Shown here: positions 7,528 to 14,832 of the stretch, piece by piece | Layout of the letters: every line of letters starts with the position of its first letter | How positions within the stretch are numbered: position 1 is the stretch's first letter | From: Elusimicrobiota bacterium | Lineage (GTDB): Bacteria > CG03 > SLGR01 > JBDRKX01 | Direction: 5' to 3' | Assembly (NCBI GenBank): GCA_043813605.1 | Contig: JBDRKX010000066.1 | Span: forward strand, 1-14,832 | Length of the DNA: 14,832 bases | The notes under the pieces: generated by a model | What the model was told of the DNA's origin: nothing | Seen by the model: the letters and a program-made list of their open reading frames with translations, nothing else | Database searches by the model: none | Program-made: the position numbers and the translations under genes

Positions 7528-9315
7528 TTACATATTTTTAAGACGGTCTGTCCATTCTTTTACAATATTAAAACTTCCTTGCCAGAATTCCTCAGATTCA
7601 ATGTCTAATCCGAATTCTTTCAGCAGTTCGCCGGGATCTCTTGATCCTCCGGCTGTAAGAATTGTTTCAATGATTCCGACTACTTTTTCTCCTTCTTTTT
7701 TATATTTTGAATAGAGAGCCAGTGACAGCAACTCTCCGAAATTGTACGCATAGCAGTAAAATGGCGTATGTACTATATGGGGTATATATGCCCATTCATA
7801 TCTGAAAAGCGGATCTATTTCGATAGTTGATCCGAACTGTTCCCTGAGATTATCATAATATATATCCGAAAGTTTTTCCGGAGTGAGTCCGGATGAAAAC
7901 ATCTCGTGAGCTTTTATCTCGAATTTGACTATATAATTCTGTCTGAGTACCGTTGCATAAGTGTCTGCCAGTTTTTCAGCGAGCAGGTCTCTTTTTTCCC
8001 TTCTGCTCTCTGTTTTATCAAGTAATTTCTCGAAAACTATCATCTCACTGAAAGTTGATGCTGTTTCAGCCAGCGGAAGATGTGAATTTTGTGCGCTGAC
8101 AGACTGCTTTGAAGCATAAATCGAATGTATCGCATGACCCAGTTCATGTGCAAGAACAAGTATATCACGGCTGTTTTCCGTGTAATTGAGAAGTATGTAG
8201 GGTTTTACTGAAGGGCATACAGTGGCGCAAAAAGCACCGGAGACCTTTTTAGGACTGGGATCAGAATCTATATGGCGCGACTTTATTACATCATATGCCA
8301 TTTCAGCAAAAGCGGGATTAAACTCATCCAGAGCTTCACAGACAGTTTTAACGGCTTTATCCAGTGATATTCTGTTCTTGCGTGTTGCCAGAGGAGCGTA
8401 CAGGTCGTATCTTTTCAGTTTCCTCATATTCAGAATACGGGCTTTGTATGTGAAATAGCTCCAGAACACTTTTCTGTTATTGGTACATACGTCGAGCAAT
8501 ACAGACACGGCTTTGTCTGAAATATGGTTATACCTGTTTCTAACGGATAAAGGAGACCTGAAATTCCTGAGACGTGTATCGTATACCCAGTCTTTCACTA
8601 CTGACTGGTATATGAGGAAAAATTTGTCTATATGCTTTTTGTATGCACTGAGAAGTGAACGGTATGCCGCTTTTCTTTTGTCGGGATCCGGTGATTGAAT
8701 ATACGATACGAGCTCTGCCTGTGTCTTGATCTTCCTGGCTTTGCCATAGCTGGCCGGTTTGAAGCTGAATTCCAATTCTGTTTCGAGAAGAGTTCTCAGA
8801 TCATTGAGGGCAGATATCCCGTACGTGTCTTTATTGCAGATTATACTCTCTTCTCTTTCAGGCAGCGTGTGCGGGGCGAAACTTCTTTCATGCGTGAGAA
8901 TGTACTTCATCGCGGGGACGGATGAAAAGAGTCTATCGGAATGCGATTTTCCGAGCCTTTGTTTCCCGGGTGTCTTCATTCCTTTCAGCCAGTGTGATAT
9001 TTTTCGGGATTTATCCGCAATCCTGATCTCAAGATCCCTTGCTCGGCTCTTATAGGATCTTGCCGTATCTGATTTCTGGTCTTCTGATTCCATAAGGAAA
9101 GCAAGATATGAAAGCCTGTTAATGTTTTCCCTGACGGATTCACTGAAGCTGATATTGCTTTTGAACTGCTTGGTACTCATTCCCGGCCGCATCTTAAGGA
9201 AAAAATCATCAAATCCTGTTATCATAGCTTCGGTTTCTTTGAAGAGCTTGTCGAATGTGGATGCCGGGATTATATGGCGGAGGTTCCACCTGAGTCTTTT
9301 CTTTGTTTTGTTCAT
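7528..9315 (-). CDS. pepF: Oligoendopeptidase F (peptidase M3B)
   Basis: KVSGAFC, LAHELGHAIH (HExxH), LAETASTFSE and WAYIPHIVHTPFYCYAYNFG; 595 aa. Confidence 0.95.
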   Translation of the reverse strand: MNKTKKRLRWNLRHIIPASTFDKLFKETEAMITGFDDFFLKMRPGMSTKQFKSNISFSESVRENINRLSYLAFLMESEDQKSDTARSYKSRARDLEIRIADKSRKISHWLKGMKTPGKQRLGKSHSDRLFSSVPAMKYILTHERSFAPHTLPEREESIICNKDTYGISALNDLRTLLETELEFSFKPASYGKARKIKTQAELVSYIQSPDPDKRKAAYRSLLSAYKKHIDKFFLIYQSVVKDWVYDTRLRNFRSPLSVRNRYNHISDKAVSVLLDVCTNNRKVFWSYFTYKARILNMRKLKRYDLYAPLATRKNRISLDKAVKTVCEALDEFNPAFAEMAYDVIKSRHIDSDPSPKKVSGAFCATVCPSVKPYILLNYTENSRDILVLAHELGHAIHSIYASKQSVSAQNSHLPLAETASTFSEMIVFEKLLDKTESRREKRDLLAEKLADTYATVLRQNYIVKFEIKAHEMFSSGLTPEKLSDIYYDNLREQFGSTIEIDPLFRYEWAYIPHIVHTPFYCYAYNFGELLSLALYSKYKKEGEKVVGIIETILTAGGSRDPGELLKEFGLDIESEEFWQGSFNIVKEWTDRLKNM

Positions 9316-9369
9316 TATTATAATTCTTTTAAAATGTATCTTGAAGATCTTTTTAAGGAATCATTTTTC

Positions 9370-9399
9370 ATTATACTATGAAACGCTCATTTAATGCAA
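9370..9399 (-). promoter_or_regulatory. Putative sigma70 promoter for the pepF-led operon
   Basis: The minus strand reads TTGCAT (9399-9394), 18 bp, TATAAT (9375-9370), about 55 bp upstream of the pepF ATG. Confidence 0.5.
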
Positions 9400-9413
9400 T
9401 ACACGGGCATTAA

Positions 9414-9443
9414 TTGTAAATATAGTGATTATTTTTGTATATT
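9414..9443 (+). promoter_or_regulatory. Possible sigma70 promoter for the NTT-HEAT-cNMP gene
   Basis: TTGTAA (9414-9419), 18 bp, TATATT (9438-9443). The region is AT-rich, so chance matches are plausible. Confidence 0.3.
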
Positions 9444-9470
9444 ATCATAGTTTTATACCCTAAATTAAAT

Positions 9471-12419
9471 ATGAAAAAAATCCTGAAAGAGAATGAAGTT
9501 ATGCTGACAGCACTTTTACTGCAGTTTGCAACTATTTCAGCTGTCGTTATCGCCAGGACATTTGTGGACCAGCTTTTCCTTTCTACATATCCTCAATCAT
9601 GGCTTCCATATTATTTCTTCGGTCAGACAGCAGTGCTTATTATTCTGACTTTCGGGATCACACCGGTCATTTCGAAAGGGAAAAAAATAATAAGTACCTC
9701 TGTTTTCTTTTTTGCCTCAGCCACTGTGATTTTGTCTCTCTTTATCTTGAAGTTAGGGTTATCATGGTTCCCTTTTGTATTCTCATTGTGGTTATCAGCG
9801 GTTTCAATAATCATAGCCATAATAAGTATGGGGTCCATAGGAGAAGCTTTCGACACAAGAGATTTTAAACAGAAGGTTAAATGGATCAGCGCTGCCGGCA
9901 GCCTCGGAGGTTTGACAATAGGGTTCATGATACCCGTGATAATATCAGAATACGGTTCTGACAGCCTGTTGTATATCCTGACTATTATGATGCTATTCTC
10001 GGCAGGATGCATCTTCAGGTTAAAACCCATACCGGCAGATTATAAGAAACTGAAGAGAGGCACGTCGCCTTTGAAGTATCCTATTTTCCTCAATCTGGCT
10101 ATCGGAGTATTTCTGCTCATGATCATTGATACATTTGCCGATTATGCATTGAAGACACAAGTCATGGCAGTTTACTCCGAAGGAGGAATAGGTAAATTTA
10201 TGGGACCTTTTTACGGAGTCGCCAGTATATTAACGCTCTGTTTTCAGCTTGGCGGTACCGGTCCGTTACTGAAATACGCTGGAATTGCCGGCTTGTTCTG
10301 TGTGGTTCCCATATTTTCAATTATAAGCAGTATAGGTATACTGGCATACCCTGCATTGTGGATGGCTGTCTTCTTCAGAATGACCGAAAATGTTTTCAGA
10401 TACAGTTTTGATGATATAGCGAGGGAAATATCAGCTTCCCCTCTTCCTGCCCAGATAAGAAGAACCAGTAAGATATTTATGAAAGGCATAGCTACACCGA
10501 TGGGTACAGGTACAGGTGCGCTATTGCTACTGCTTATATCCGGAAGATTCGGACTGAGAGCGATAGCCCTGATCACCATACCTGTTTCTATCCTCTGGTT
10601 TATGGCAATAAGGAAGATAACAGGTTTATACCAGGTAACCCTATCTGATGCTGTGAAAATAAAGCGTTTTGCCGTCGATTCAGACGACATTGAAAAATCG
10701 GATAAACAGATAAACTACAATATTGCGCTTGAGGCGCTGAAATCCGGTGACCCGGATTCAATCAGGTTCGGTCTCATGCTCTTTGAAAAAAGTCCACCGG
10801 CAAAATTTCCGCCGGAAATGCTGAAACTAATTGATTCGGAAGATACTGATATAAGGCGTGAGACTGTCAAAACCATGGGTCTCCGTTGCAATGAGGAAGC
10901 GGCGAAAAGCATGATAGACAGGCTTTCCAGGGAGAAAGACCCCGGTGTTATCTGGCATATTATGAAAGCGGTTTCTTCAATATATCCTGAGTCTCTGATA
11001 TCACAGGCAGCAGAACTGCTCGATGATCCGCATCCTGATGTTAAAGCGGGAGCTGTTCTTGTCTTGATGGAATCGGGAGAACTCGATACGCTGATAGATG
11101 CAGTTACTGTGCTGAGAGAAATGATCTCCAGCCCGAATGCGGATTACCGCAGGTCAGCCGCCCGGGTAATAGGCGCTCTAAAATCAGGCAAACTCGAGAA
11201 AGAACTGAGAAAACTGATGAACGATGACAATAATGAAGTTATAATCGCGGCAGTCAGAGCAGCAGGTGTACGCAGGGTCAACGGTCTTATCCCGGATATA
11301 ATAATGAAGCTGAAGAATTCAGGGATATCCCATTATGCTTCGCGTACACTTGTCAATATCGGCTCCGATGCAATACCCTTGCTTGCCGATGCGGCTATAG
11401 ATAACAATAACCGCGCATTTGTGAAAATAGCAGTAAGGACTCTCGCTCTTATCAGTGACGAATCCGCTGAAAAGGAATTGATACGGCTTGCAGAATCGAG
11501 CGATGTCATTACATCAAATACAGTAGCCAGGGAAACAGCATTTCGTGTGAGGAGACAACCGGTTTCCGGAACTTTAAAGAAAACCGCCCGGAGATTTGTT
11601 ATAGAGACCGCTCGAAAAGTACAGCTTCTGAAATCTGCAAGAAAGGAACTGTCACTCGAAGAACATGTTAAGGCGGAGCTTTCTTCAAGACAGCGGCTTT
11701 TCGAAATGAAGATGCTCTACTGGTATGCCGCTGCGACCAGGCCTGCAGAGGTCATAGATATCATGCCTGCCCTCTTTCCCAGGCATATAACCAGGACTTC
11801 TGTATCACGCAGGTCTACCGCTATAGAACTGCTTGACTCCCTGGCTACCGACAGGGAATTGAGACATGCGGTAGAACTATATGAAAAGAACATCGTGATA
11901 ACGCCGGCAGCAGCCATAAGACTGTTGAAATCCGGCAGCGATACATGGATAAAAGATATATTTGATTATAAATACCCGGATATAACAGGAGGGGCAATGG
12001 ATATTAGACAGAAAATAATGTTTTTGAGAAAAGTGAAATTATTTGAAACGCTTCCGGGAGAAATACTATTGACCATAGCCGAAGAAGTAGATACCTTAGA
12101 AACAGCTGAAGGACAGGAGATCTTTTCACAAGGAGATCCTTCTGATGGATTTTATATAATCGCATCAGGAAGTGTATCTATATCCAGGAACGGCCGTATG
12201 ATAACTGAACTTGGTGAATATGGTTTTTTCGGTGAAGTCGGCCTGCTGGGTAATTCACCAAGAACTGCTACTGCAACCGCAAAGACGGACGGGTTCCTGA
12301 TATACGTAGACAAGGAAATATTTGATAGTATTACCGAAGACCTGCCTGAAGTATTACGCGCCGTGACGCAATTTGTAGTGGGATACCTCAGAAATGAGAG
12401 CAGTTCTGCAATTGAATAG
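9471..12419 (+). CDS. NTT/TLC (Npt1/Npt2-like) MFS-fold transporter fused to HEAT repeats and a C-terminal cyclic-nucleotide-binding domain
   Basis: The N-terminal ~400 aa have ~12 TM segments with LFLSTYPQSWLPYYF, EAFDTRDFKQ and FRYSFD...PLPAQIRRTSK motifs. HEAT-like repeats follow (LLDDPHPDVKAGA, LMNDDNNEVIIAA). The C-terminus has IFSQGDPSDGFYIIASGSV...FFGEVGLLGNSPRTATATA (cNMP). ATG 9471 is preferred to TTG 9435. Confidence 0.85.
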   Translation: MKKILKENEVMLTALLLQFATISAVVIARTFVDQLFLSTYPQSWLPYYFFGQTAVLIILTFGITPVISKGKKIISTSVFFFASATVILSLFILKLGLSWFPFVFSLWLSAVSIIIAIISMGSIGEAFDTRDFKQKVKWISAAGSLGGLTIGFMIPVIISEYGSDSLLYILTIMMLFSAGCIFRLKPIPADYKKLKRGTSPLKYPIFLNLAIGVFLLMIIDTFADYALKTQVMAVYSEGGIGKFMGPFYGVASILTLCFQLGGTGPLLKYAGIAGLFCVVPIFSIISSIGILAYPALWMAVFFRMTENVFRYSFDDIAREISASPLPAQIRRTSKIFMKGIATPMGTGTGALLLLLISGRFGLRAIALITIPVSILWFMAIRKITGLYQVTLSDAVKIKRFAVDSDDIEKSDKQINYNIALEALKSGDPDSIRFGLMLFEKSPPAKFPPEMLKLIDSEDTDIRRETVKTMGLRCNEEAAKSMIDRLSREKDPGVIWHIMKAVSSIYPESLISQAAELLDDPHPDVKAGAVLVLMESGELDTLIDAVTVLREMISSPNADYRRSAARVIGALKSGKLEKELRKLMNDDNNEVIIAAVRAAGVRRVNGLIPDIIMKLKNSGISHYASRTLVNIGSDAIPLLADAAIDNNNRAFVKIAVRTLALISDESAEKELIRLAESSDVITSNTVARETAFRVRRQPVSGTLKKTARRFVIETARKVQLLKSARKELSLEEHVKAELSSRQRLFEMKMLYWYAAATRPAEVIDIMPALFPRHITRTSVSRRSTAIELLDSLATDRELRHAVELYEKNIVITPAAAIRLLKSGSDTWIKDIFDYKYPDITGGAMDIRQKIMFLRKVKLFETLPGEILLTIAEEVDTLETAEGQEIFSQGDPSDGFYIIASGSVSISRNGRMITELGEYGFFGEVGLLGNSPRTATATAKTDGFLIYVDKEIFDSITEDLPEVLRAVTQFVVGYLRNESSSAIE

Positions 12420-12452
12420 GCGGTATACCCTTATGCAAACAGGCGGCGTTCC

Positions 12453-12701
12453 TTACAGATCGTCGTAATTGTCTTCTGCGACCTCTTCAACTTCAACATA
12501 CGAGGAAAAAGTGTTCTCTGTATAATCTTCTTCAAGTTCAACATTCTCATCGAACATCAGTTCTTTAAGCGGGATATCATCCGCTAAGATCTCAGTATTA
12601 CAGCTGGGACAGTACACTTTTCTCTTTGCATCGATTAACTTGTAATCGAGGTCGAATTCCGCCATACACACGGGACATATTAGGATTCTGGGTTCTTCCA
12701 T
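12453..12701 (-). CDS. Small zinc-ribbon protein with acidic C-terminal tail
   Basis: CPVC-x19-CPSC followed by about 45 aa rich in D/E. Confidence 0.72.
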   Translation of the reverse strand: MEEPRILICPVCMAEFDLDYKLIDAKRKVYCPSCNTEILADDIPLKELMFDENVELEEDYTENTFSSYVEVEEVAEDNYDDL

Positions 12702-12794
12702 AACAATAGTTTTTTTATAATACAGTATCTTTTCCCTAATAAATTAATAATACAAACATTCTAATATATCAAGCCTGTACCGGATGGAAAATAT

Positions 12795-13223
12795 TCAGGA
12801 ATACTCTTCCGGGGACATCACTCTGACATGGGCCCTTTTTCTTTTTATTTCAGAGCGGTTGTGTTTATCAGTAAGGATCTTCTCTTTAGCTCTTTTTGAT
12901 CTTTTACGTTTTTGTCGTTTTATCTTTTCTATTTTTTTCTTTTCTTCGGATTTTCTTCCCAGTACGAGGTTTTCTATTTTACTTGCGATATTCACCCTTG
13001 CAATATACCGGTTGACGGAACGCGACCTTTCTCTCGAACATTTTACTTCGATACCGGTAGGAAGATGTTTCAGATAAACACAGTTTGAAGTCTTGTTTAT
13101 TTTCTGTCCTCCCGGACCGCTCGAACGGATGAATTTTTCTATCAGGTCGGCTTCCGTTATCCCGAGACGGTTCATTTTATCAATAAGATTTTTTTGTTTT
13201 TTTCCGCTTACTGCAAATCGCAT
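12795..13223 (-). CDS. Stand-alone RF-1 (GGQ) domain peptidyl-tRNA hydrolase / ribosome rescue factor (ArfB/C12orf65-like)
   Basis: FIRSSGPGGQKINKTSNCVYLKHLPTGIEVKCSRERS followed by a highly basic C-terminal tail. There is no stop-codon-recognition domain. Confidence 0.92.
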   Translation of the reverse strand: MRFAVSGKKQKNLIDKMNRLGITEADLIEKFIRSSGPGGQKINKTSNCVYLKHLPTGIEVKCSRERSRSVNRYIARVNIASKIENLVLGRKSEEKKKIEKIKRQKRKRSKRAKEKILTDKHNRSEIKRKRAHVRVMSPEEYS

Positions 13224-13238
13224 CTTATTCTGATATTA

Positions 13239-13448
13239 CTAATGAAGACTCAGCCTTTTAAGCTCCCTGTATTTCAAGTCGGCATCATTCACAGCTTTAA
13301 CAAAATTTTCCCATTCCTCTAAACTGAAGCCGCAGTTTATTGAAATATCCGGAGAATCAACGGCCAGTTCAATGAGGTCACTGTCCAGCTCACAGCTTAC
13401 TGAAAGGGCCTCGCTGAGGTCTCTATTCGGAATTAATTCTTTTGCCAT
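13239..13448 (-). CDS. Small hypothetical protein (69 aa)
   Basis: SD AGGAGA upstream of the ATG. It fills the gap between two co-oriented genes and overlaps the upstream gene by 26 bp. Confidence 0.6.
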   Translation of the reverse strand: MAKELIPNRDLSEALSVSCELDSDLIELAVDSPDISINCGFSLEEWENFVKAVNDADLKYRELKRLSLH

Positions 13449-13830
13449 AATTATCTCCTATTACAAAGTTATCACTGAATGGTTCATAAAATGCTTGAAT
13501 ATCCGCTTCTCGCAGGAGCTTAAGCATGTTAAGAGCCCCCTCTTCATTCCAGCTGTGAACAAGTACGATTGCAGGTTGTTTCTTTCTATCCATGGAAACT
13601 ATATGCTGGGCAACAGCAAAACCTGATTTCTCATCTGATGGAAGATATATTCCGCCGCCGAGATCATGGTCAAGGCAGACGACATCAAAAGACGGACAGC
13701 ATTCCAGCAGATTTACGGCTTTTTCAACTGTATAGGCGGGTTCTATTTCATGGTTTGGGTTTATTTCAATGAAGATACGGTGTCGGGATTCCCTGTCATC
13801 TAGAAAGAGTATTCTCATATGCTCCGTCAT
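13423..13830 (-). CDS. Divergent receiver-fold protein of the cyclic-phosphate-processing receiver type
   Basis: MRILFLDD, CLDHDLG, SGFAVAQHI and VHSWN-x2-G-x2-M. LDHDLG plus HSxN marks this family rather than canonical CheY. ATGA overlap with the upstream gene; alternative start at 13818. Confidence 0.82.
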   Translation of the reverse strand: MTEHMRILFLDDRESRHRIFIEINPNHEIEPAYTVEKAVNLLECCPSFDVVCLDHDLGGGIYLPSDEKSGFAVAQHIVSMDRKKQPAIVLVHSWNEEGALNMLKLLREADIQAFYEPFSDNFVIGDNYGKRINSE

Positions 13831-14795
13831 CTGCTATGCCCCTGTTCATGGGGAAATACCCGGCTCAATACATTAAAGATACCTGTTTTGCCGCTATAAA
13901 GGAATTCACTTACCGCTCTTGCCATCTGGGGTGTTCTGAGATAACCGAACGATTTGTGCGGATGTCTTTTCCCTTTGTATTCATATGTGTTCTTAACAGT
14001 AATGTCAAAAGGAGAGACCCCTTTACTATTTTCCCGGTAATTACTGGCTAGATCAGAGTTGATGGCGACGTTATCATCAATATCGGCAAAGTTGTACCAT
14101 TTCCAGGTTATACATTCAGGAGTAGCGATGATCTTATCCTTGTTAAGATCGTCTTTAGCAGCCATTTTTTTCATTAACACAGGTATACCGAGCGGTGATC
14201 CCATGGTTACAAACATACTGACATCGCAATCTTTTGTCTTTAAAAGCACATCGTACGCGACAACAGTTCCCATTGAATGAGATATAAGTAATATTTCTTT
14301 TTTTCTGTTTTTACGCAGTAACTCTGCAAGACGTTCATGTATTATCTCTTTGGAGGATCTGTCCATACCGCTATCAGGAGAGTTTTCCGCATGGAAATAT
14401 GCATCCAGATCCCTGAATAACCTGCGCATTATTACATTGGTGATCGCATCCAGCCGTACAAAAATATGATCTTCAAAAAATATCTTGTCAATGCCCCTTT
14501 CCAGGCGATGGAGTATCGTCCGGTTGAGTTTCGGCGGTCTATTGTCTATACGGATGTTGCCAGGCCTTACATAAGGACGCTTTACATATAGCCTGTTTTT
14601 TTCATCAGTTACGTTAATATCAAGAGATTCCTTATGTATTACATCCGCCCAATAGGCTAACTCGAATGTAAATGCGGTGTTCCTGCATCCGGTAGCTTTT
14701 AATCCGTCGGTTATCGATTGAATCCACCATTTTTTCAGTATGTTTTTGGGAGGTTTAATACCTAAACCGTGTATCCCTATTATTACTTTTTTCAT
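13827..14795 (-). CDS. Alpha/beta-hydrolase fold protein (putative lipase/esterase)
   Basis: IHGLG oxyanion motif, SHSMG nucleophile elbow, VTMGSPLG, WYNFADIDDNVA (acid) and PHKSFGYL (His). Confidence 0.85.
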   Translation of the reverse strand: MKKVIIGIHGLGIKPPKNILKKWWIQSITDGLKATGCRNTAFTFELAYWADVIHKESLDINVTDEKNRLYVKRPYVRPGNIRIDNRPPKLNRTILHRLERGIDKIFFEDHIFVRLDAITNVIMRRLFRDLDAYFHAENSPDSGMDRSSKEIIHERLAELLRKNRKKEILLISHSMGTVVAYDVLLKTKDCDVSMFVTMGSPLGIPVLMKKMAAKDDLNKDKIIATPECITWKWYNFADIDDNVAINSDLASNYRENSKGVSPFDITVKNTYEYKGKRHPHKSFGYLRTPQMARAVSEFLYSGKTGIFNVLSRVFPHEQGHSR

Positions 14796-14810
14796 GGTCT
14801 AAAGCTTAGA

Positions 14811-14819
14811 ATTATATCA
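14811..14819 (-). promoter_or_regulatory. Extended -10 promoter element upstream of the alpha/beta hydrolase
   Basis: The minus strand reads TGATATAAT, 15 bp upstream of ATG 14795. Any -35 element would lie at or beyond the window edge. Confidence 0.45.
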
Positions 14820-14832
14820 GTTTACAGGGTTT

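Noticed and set aside
12453..12701. LysW amino-group carrier protein
   Set aside because: No C-terminal EDWGE motif and no lysine/arginine biosynthesis genes nearby.
13423..13830. Canonical CheY-like response regulator
   Set aside because: It has LDHDLG and HSWN motifs, lacks the conserved KP (YEPF instead), and there is no kinase in the window.
1188..14280. Numerous 60-150 aa ORFs antisense or out of frame within the called genes
   Set aside because: They are shadows of longer motif-bearing CDSs, with no independent RBS or domain evidence.

Overview
Bacterial-style window (sigma70-like promoters, Shine-Dalgarno sites) with no rRNA, tRNA or CRISPR visible. From left to right it holds: (1) the 3' half of an IS630-family element, with its A9G frameshift site but no upstream ORF A; (2) a membrane protein fusing an archaeal-RPA-like OB fold, a coiled coil, one TM helix and a ComEA-like HhH domain; (3) a double zf-TFIIB zinc-ribbon gene; (4) a tightly packed six-gene minus-strand operon: pepF, TerB-like, fxsA, membrane-anchored multi-OB-fold protein, orphan TctA/DUF112-like permease, YdjM-family metal-dependent hydrolase; (5) a divergent NTT/TLC-like transporter-HEAT-cNMP fusion; (6) a small acidic zinc-ribbon gene; (7) a minus-strand run of alpha/beta hydrolase, cyclic-phosphate-processing receiver-like protein, small ORF and GGQ ribosome-rescue factor. 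The main candidate for an undescribed system is the OB-fold + TctA-like + YdjM trio together with the nearby OB-TM-HhH fusion. I infer a non-ComEC DNA-uptake or nucleic-acid-scavenging machine. All family calls are from motif recognition by eye; no searches were run.
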